From assembly GCF_013042245.1 (NCBI RefSeq), contig NZ_JABDQL010000009.1:18492-82491 (forward strand): a stretch of 64,000 bases of DNA. Reading direction: 5' to 3'. Shown one piece after another: positions 59,995 through 64,000 of this stretch; position 1 is the first letter of the stretch, and every line of letters starts with the position of its first letter. This stretch comes from Winogradskyella sp. (GTDB lineage Bacteria > Bacteroidota > Bacteroidia > Flavobacteriales > Flavobacteriaceae). Both the position numbers and the translations under genes were made by a program. A model generated the notes under the pieces. That model saw only the letters and a list, made by a program, of their open reading frames with translations. It was not told the DNA's origin and ran no database searches.

Positions 59995-61001
59995 ATAATC
60001 CTGAAAGCGAAAATACTCCAGATAGTAACGACCTTAATTTCGATAATCGTATACAGCTAAGTGAACTCAAAAACTCGGTCGATGCCATAAAATCAGAACT
60101 ACGAAAAGTCATCGTCGGGCAAGATAATTTTTTAGAATTATTGATTGTAGCATTACTAGCCGATGGACATGTACTTATTGAAGGTGTCCCAGGTATAGCC
60201 AAAACAGTAACTGCAAAATTATTTGCAAAAGTGTTAAAAACGGATTTTAGCCGTATACAATTCACACCAGATTTAATGCCAAGTGATGTTTTAGGAACTT
60301 CGGTATTAAATATGAAGTCTTCTGAATTTGATTTTAAACAAGGTCCGATTTTTTCTAACATAGTATTGATTGATGAGATTAACCGTGCACCAGCAAAAAC
60401 GCAAGCTGCACTATTTGAGACTATGGAAGAGCGCCAAGCCACTATAGATGGTCGTACTTATAAATTTAAAGACCCATTTATGGTACTGGCTACTCAAAAC
60501 CCAATTGAACAAGAAGGTACATACGCACTTCCGGAAGCACAACTCGACCGTTTTATCTTTAAAATTAAAGTAGATTATCCTTCTTTGGAAGAAGAAGTTA
60601 AAATCATAGCCTCTCACCATGAGCGTAAAGGCGAAGCACCACAAGCCGCAATAAACCCTGTTTTAGATGTCGCATCATTAGCCGATTATAAGTCTAAAAC
60701 ACAATTGGTTGTTGTAGAGCCAAAAATCATTCAATACATCGCTGAGATTGTTTCGAAAACCAGAAATCATCCACATTTATATTTAGGTGGTTCGCCAAGG
60801 GCTTCCATTTCAATATTGAATACTGCAAAAGCTTTCGCAGCTATAAACGGACGAGATTTTGTGATTCCTGAAGATGTAAAAAAATCATTGAACCCAGTTC
60901 TCAATCATAGAATCATATTAACTCCTGAGCGAGAAATGGAAGGTATGAGTACCGAAAATGTTATTGATATGATTGTACAATCTGTTGAAGTACCTAGATA
61001 A
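59976..61001 (+). CDS. moxR: MoxR-family AAA+ ATPase
   Basis: GHVLIEGVPGIAKT, RIQFTPDLMPSD, DEINRAPAKTQAAL, LPEAQLDRF. Confidence 0.96.
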   Translation: MENEAINNPESENTPDSNDLNFDNRIQLSELKNSVDAIKSELRKVIVGQDNFLELLIVALLADGHVLIEGVPGIAKTVTAKLFAKVLKTDFSRIQFTPDLMPSDVLGTSVLNMKSSEFDFKQGPIFSNIVLIDEINRAPAKTQAALFETMEERQATIDGRTYKFKDPFMVLATQNPIEQEGTYALPEAQLDRFIFKIKVDYPSLEEEVKIIASHHERKGEAPQAAINPVLDVASLADYKSKTQLVVVEPKIIQYIAEIVSKTRNHPHLYLGGSPRASISILNTAKAFAAINGRDFVIPEDVKKSLNPVLNHRIILTPEREMEGMSTENVIDMIVQSVEVPR

Positions 61002-61011
61002 AATAACAATT

Positions 61012-61101
61012 ATGAAACGAGCATGCTAAACATATTATCACCCAAAGAAATGATTAATAGCGAACAGCATGTGTCCTTAAAAAAACAATACATATAAAAA
61101 C
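61012..61101 (+). repeat. Dispersed ~90-bp structured element, copy 2 (encodes MKRAC*)
   Basis: Near-identical to 15384-15472; ATGAAA at 61012 and again at the start codon 61102. Confidence 0.9.
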
Positions 61102-61677
61102 ATGAAAAAAGTAATTTTACTATTAACTCTTTCTTTTACTTTTTGTTACTGCCAGAACACTTCAAACTTAAAGCAAGGAATATATTTGACTGTTGAAGAT
61201 TTAAAAAACAATAAACCAACATTTTTTGGAGATTTAAAAATAAAAAAAGACTCTATCGAGTATGGAGCCCAGAGAAAAGGGGTTATTGATACCTATGCGC
61301 TTGATATATCAGAAGAACAAGCAGAAGAGTTCGGTCGGATTTTTGGATTTAATGACGGTGAAAATGTATACTTAACACCCTACAAATCAAAGTATCCAAA
61401 TGCAGGTAATTTTCATAAAGTAGAAATTATTGGAAAGTTTCTGTATTTCGAAGGAATTAAAGAAGTAAATATGCCTAAACAAAATTTGTTTTGGCTAACC
61501 AAATGTCAAAATATTTTTGATTTAAGCAGAGGCAAGCTTTTTTATAATGTTACTAATGGAGTTTTCAAAAAAATAATATCTGACAAACCAGAACTGCTAA
61601 AAAAGTTTAGGAAAGAGAAAAAGAAATATCTGAAGTATAAAGAATATCTACTCAAATACACCGCTAATAAAGTTTAG
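61102..61677 (+). CDS. Hypothetical secreted protein
   Basis: Signal peptide; GIYLTVEDLKNNKP, FGFNDGENVY; no family recognised with confidence. Confidence 0.7.
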   Translation: MKKVILLLTLSFTFCYCQNTSNLKQGIYLTVEDLKNNKPTFFGDLKIKKDSIEYGAQRKGVIDTYALDISEEQAEEFGRIFGFNDGENVYLTPYKSKYPNAGNFHKVEIIGKFLYFEGIKEVNMPKQNLFWLTKCQNIFDLSRGKLFYNVTNGVFKKIISDKPELLKKFRKEKKKYLKYKEYLLKYTANKV

Positions 61678-61707
61678 CAATAAACAATACAAATTGCATT
61701 ACCAAAA

Positions 61708-63039
61708 ATGAAATTTATAAAATCACTATATATCCATAAACAATTCTATATATACATAGCATTAGCTTCGGTATGTTTTATGATTAGCTTCTGGATACCT
61801 GTTTTCTTTTCGATAGCTTGTATAATCACTATTGGTATTGGGGTTGTTTTATTGGTTGATCTATTAATCCTTTACAAAGAAAAACAAGGCATTACAGCAC
61901 GACGAATTTTACCAGATAAGTTTTCTAATAGTGATGATAACCCAGTGCCTATTACCATTAAAAACAATTATAGCTTTAAAACTATTATCGATGTTATTGA
62001 TGAATTGCCTGTCCAATTTCAAAAAAGAGATTTCTCATATAAAACAGAACTCAACCCTAAACAAAGTCACAATTTTGAATATTTAGTAAGACCCGTTGAA
62101 AGAGGTGAATATTACTTTGGTCATCTCAATATTTATGTATCTTCAATATTAAAAATCGTAAAACGAAAATATCAATTTCAGAATCAGCAGATGGTGATGG
62201 TTTACCCATCAATTATACAAATGCAGAAATATGATTTCTTAGCCATTAGCAATACTCTGACCGAAATTGGACTCAAGAAAATAAGACGTATTGGTCATAC
62301 TGCAGAATTTGAACAAATAAAAGAATATGTAAAAGGTGATGATTTTAGAACTGTAAACTGGAAAGCCACTGCAAAGCATGCGCAGTTGATGGTGAATCAA
62401 TTTCAGGATGAAAAATCGCAACCTATCTATTCTGTCATAGATTCTGGGCGTGTGATGAAAATGCCTTTCAATGGTCTAAAGCTTCTGGATTATGCAATAA
62501 ATTCTACTTTAGCATTTAGTAATGTTGCGTTAAAGAAACACGATAAAGTTGGTATGTTTTCATTCTCAAGAAAAATTGAAACGTTTTTACCAGCAGCAAA
62601 TAAACTCACCTACCTTAACCGAATTTTAGAATCGCTATATAACGTTAATACCCTATTTTATGATAGTGATTATAGTCTTTTATATGCACAGTTAAAGAGA
62701 AAGGTTACACATAGAAGCTTACTACTGCTCTACACTAATTTTGAACACTTAAGTGCATTGAAACGTCAAATGCCTTACCTACAAGCTATTTCTAAAAAAC
62801 ATATGCTTGTTATTATTTTATTCGAAAACACAGAGCTAGATAGCATTATCAATGAGAATGCTGAGGACCTTCAATCTATATATCATAAAACTATAGCAGA
62901 AAAGTTTGCTTACGAAAAACGTTTAATGGCCAAAGAACTTCAGAAGCACGGTATACAAACCATATTAACAGCACCGGAACAACTTACAATAAATACTATA
63001 AACAAGTATTTAGAGATAAAAGCTCGTGGGCTATTGTAG
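61708..63039 (+). CDS. DUF58 protein (MoxR-associated, vWA-like)
   Basis: EFEQIKEYVKGDDFRTVNWKATA, IDSGRVM. Confidence 0.92.
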   Translation: MKFIKSLYIHKQFYIYIALASVCFMISFWIPVFFSIACIITIGIGVVLLVDLLILYKEKQGITARRILPDKFSNSDDNPVPITIKNNYSFKTIIDVIDELPVQFQKRDFSYKTELNPKQSHNFEYLVRPVERGEYYFGHLNIYVSSILKIVKRKYQFQNQQMVMVYPSIIQMQKYDFLAISNTLTEIGLKKIRRIGHTAEFEQIKEYVKGDDFRTVNWKATAKHAQLMVNQFQDEKSQPIYSVIDSGRVMKMPFNGLKLLDYAINSTLAFSNVALKKHDKVGMFSFSRKIETFLPAANKLTYLNRILESLYNVNTLFYDSDYSLLYAQLKRKVTHRSLLLLYTNFEHLSALKRQMPYLQAISKKHMLVIILFENTELDSIINENAEDLQSIYHKTIAEKFAYEKRLMAKELQKHGIQTILTAPEQLTINTINKYLEIKARGLL

Positions 63040-63070
63040 TTAACTATGACCTAAAAATTAATTTCACTCT

Positions 63071-63168
63071 ACACTTCTCAACTACTTTCAACATTTCATC
63101 ATAATAAAACTACAATTCAGTAAATCAGATTATTGAATCTAAATGTTTCCCTAGATATTTGAATCATC
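63071..63168 (+). promoter_or_regulatory. LytTR-type direct repeats plus a non-canonical -7 box
   Basis: ACACTTCTCA / ACATTTCATC-N11-ACAATTCAGT ... GATATTTG. Confidence 0.6.
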
Positions 63169-63200
63169 ATTAAAAAACGAACCATTAAATATTAACCATT

Positions 63201-63662
63201 ATGAAATCATTGATTAACAAACACAAAAAAAACAATAGAAATATTGTGAGTAAAACTTTATTTTTAACCTTAGCACTTATCTTTTCATCCTTTATTGGAT
63301 TTTCCCAAGACGGCATTACAATCACCGTAAATATAGACAATGTACCTAACAACGAAGGCGTTGTAGGCATGGCTTTACACAATCAGAACACATTTATGAA
63401 GACTGCTCCTGTTAAAGCAAAAACCTCCAAAATTGAAAATAATAAAGTAGTCATAACTTTTAAAAACATTGCTCCTGGAGAATATGCCATATTAGCTAAT
63501 CACGATGCCAATAATAACGGAAAAATGGATTTTAAAGAAAATGGTATGCCGCTAGAAAGTTATGGCGCGTCAAATAATGTCATGAATTTTGGACCACCTC
63601 AATTCAGTGATTCTAAATTTACGGTACTAGACAAAGATTTAGAATTAAATATTAGATTCTAA
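63201..63662 (+). CDS. DUF2141-family protein
   Basis: PGEYAI..HDANNNGKMD...GMPLESYGASNN..FGPPQF. Confidence 0.9.
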   Translation: MKSLINKHKKNNRNIVSKTLFLTLALIFSSFIGFSQDGITITVNIDNVPNNEGVVGMALHNQNTFMKTAPVKAKTSKIENNKVVITFKNIAPGEYAILANHDANNNGKMDFKENGMPLESYGASNNVMNFGPPQFSDSKFTVLDKDLELNIRF

Positions 63663-63686
63663 AAACAAAAAAACATCAATCAATCC

Positions 63687-63718
63687 AAAAAAGGATCGCA
63701 AAGTAAGCGGTCTTTTTT
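63687..63718 (+). terminator. Rho-independent terminator
   Basis: AAAAAAGGATCGC-AAAGTAA-GCGGTCTTTTTT. Confidence 0.7.
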
Positions 63719-63790
63719 GTTTTAAATATAATTCACTTTGATAACAAAAACATATAGTTTTTATTAATTTTATAGTCTAAATTAATCATA

Positions 63791-64000
63791 ATGACAATCA
63801 CACAACTTAAATACGCTTTGGCGATAGCAGAACACCAAAACTTTACAAAAGCTGCAGAAAGTTGTTTTGTAACTCAGCCAACGCTAAGTACGCAAATACA
63901 AAAGTTAGAAGATGAACTAGATATTATCATTTTCGATAGAGGAAAAAAACCTATAGAGTTAACAGATGTGGGACGTAAGATTGTTTTTCAAGCCAGAAAC
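63791..64000 (+). CDS. oxyR: LysR-family regulator, OxyR-like (partial)
   Basis: Not in ORF track. MTITQLKYALAIAEHQNFTKAAESCFVTQPTLSTQIQKLEDEL. Confidence 0.8.
   Translation, partial: MTITQLKYALAIAEHQNFTKAAESCFVTQPTLSTQIQKLEDELDIIIFDRGKKPIELTDVGRKIVFQARN

Noticed and set aside
1-64000. CRISPR array, rRNA, tRNA or prophage
   Set aside because: No regularly spaced repeats, structural RNA signatures or phage genes were seen

Overview
AT-rich chromosomal segment of a Flavobacteriaceae bacterium (Bacteroidota-type TAnnTTTG promoters, typical flavobacterial gene order). Most of it is housekeeping: pdhB (partial), etfBA, thyA, 2TM-folA fusion, fabD, lspA, frameshifted prfB, pyrD, pepT, yajC-nusB, csaA, ECF sigma, a SpoIIM/MoxR/DUF58 operon and oxyR (partial). 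Accessory elements: (1) A 6.66-kb type I R-M locus (hsdR-rhuM-hsdM-hsdS) sits between two attC-like hairpins whose GTT/AAC arms are swapped as expected for an integron-style cassette insertion; no integrase is present in the window. (2) An IS110 element bounded by a 10-bp direct repeat is inserted into a leader made of tandem tiny uORFs. (3) A ~90-bp structured element encoding MKRAC* occurs twice, 45 kb apart, bounded each time by ATGAAA. (4) A probable iron-uptake operon under Fur-like boxes contains a homologue of vitamin K-dependent gamma-glutamyl carboxylase. (5) A candidate 90-nt three-way-junction RNA lies downstream of tonB. (6) Two distant promoters share an identically spaced LytTR-type architecture. 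No rRNA, tRNA or CRISPR array was seen. All family assignments come from motif recognition, not database searches.
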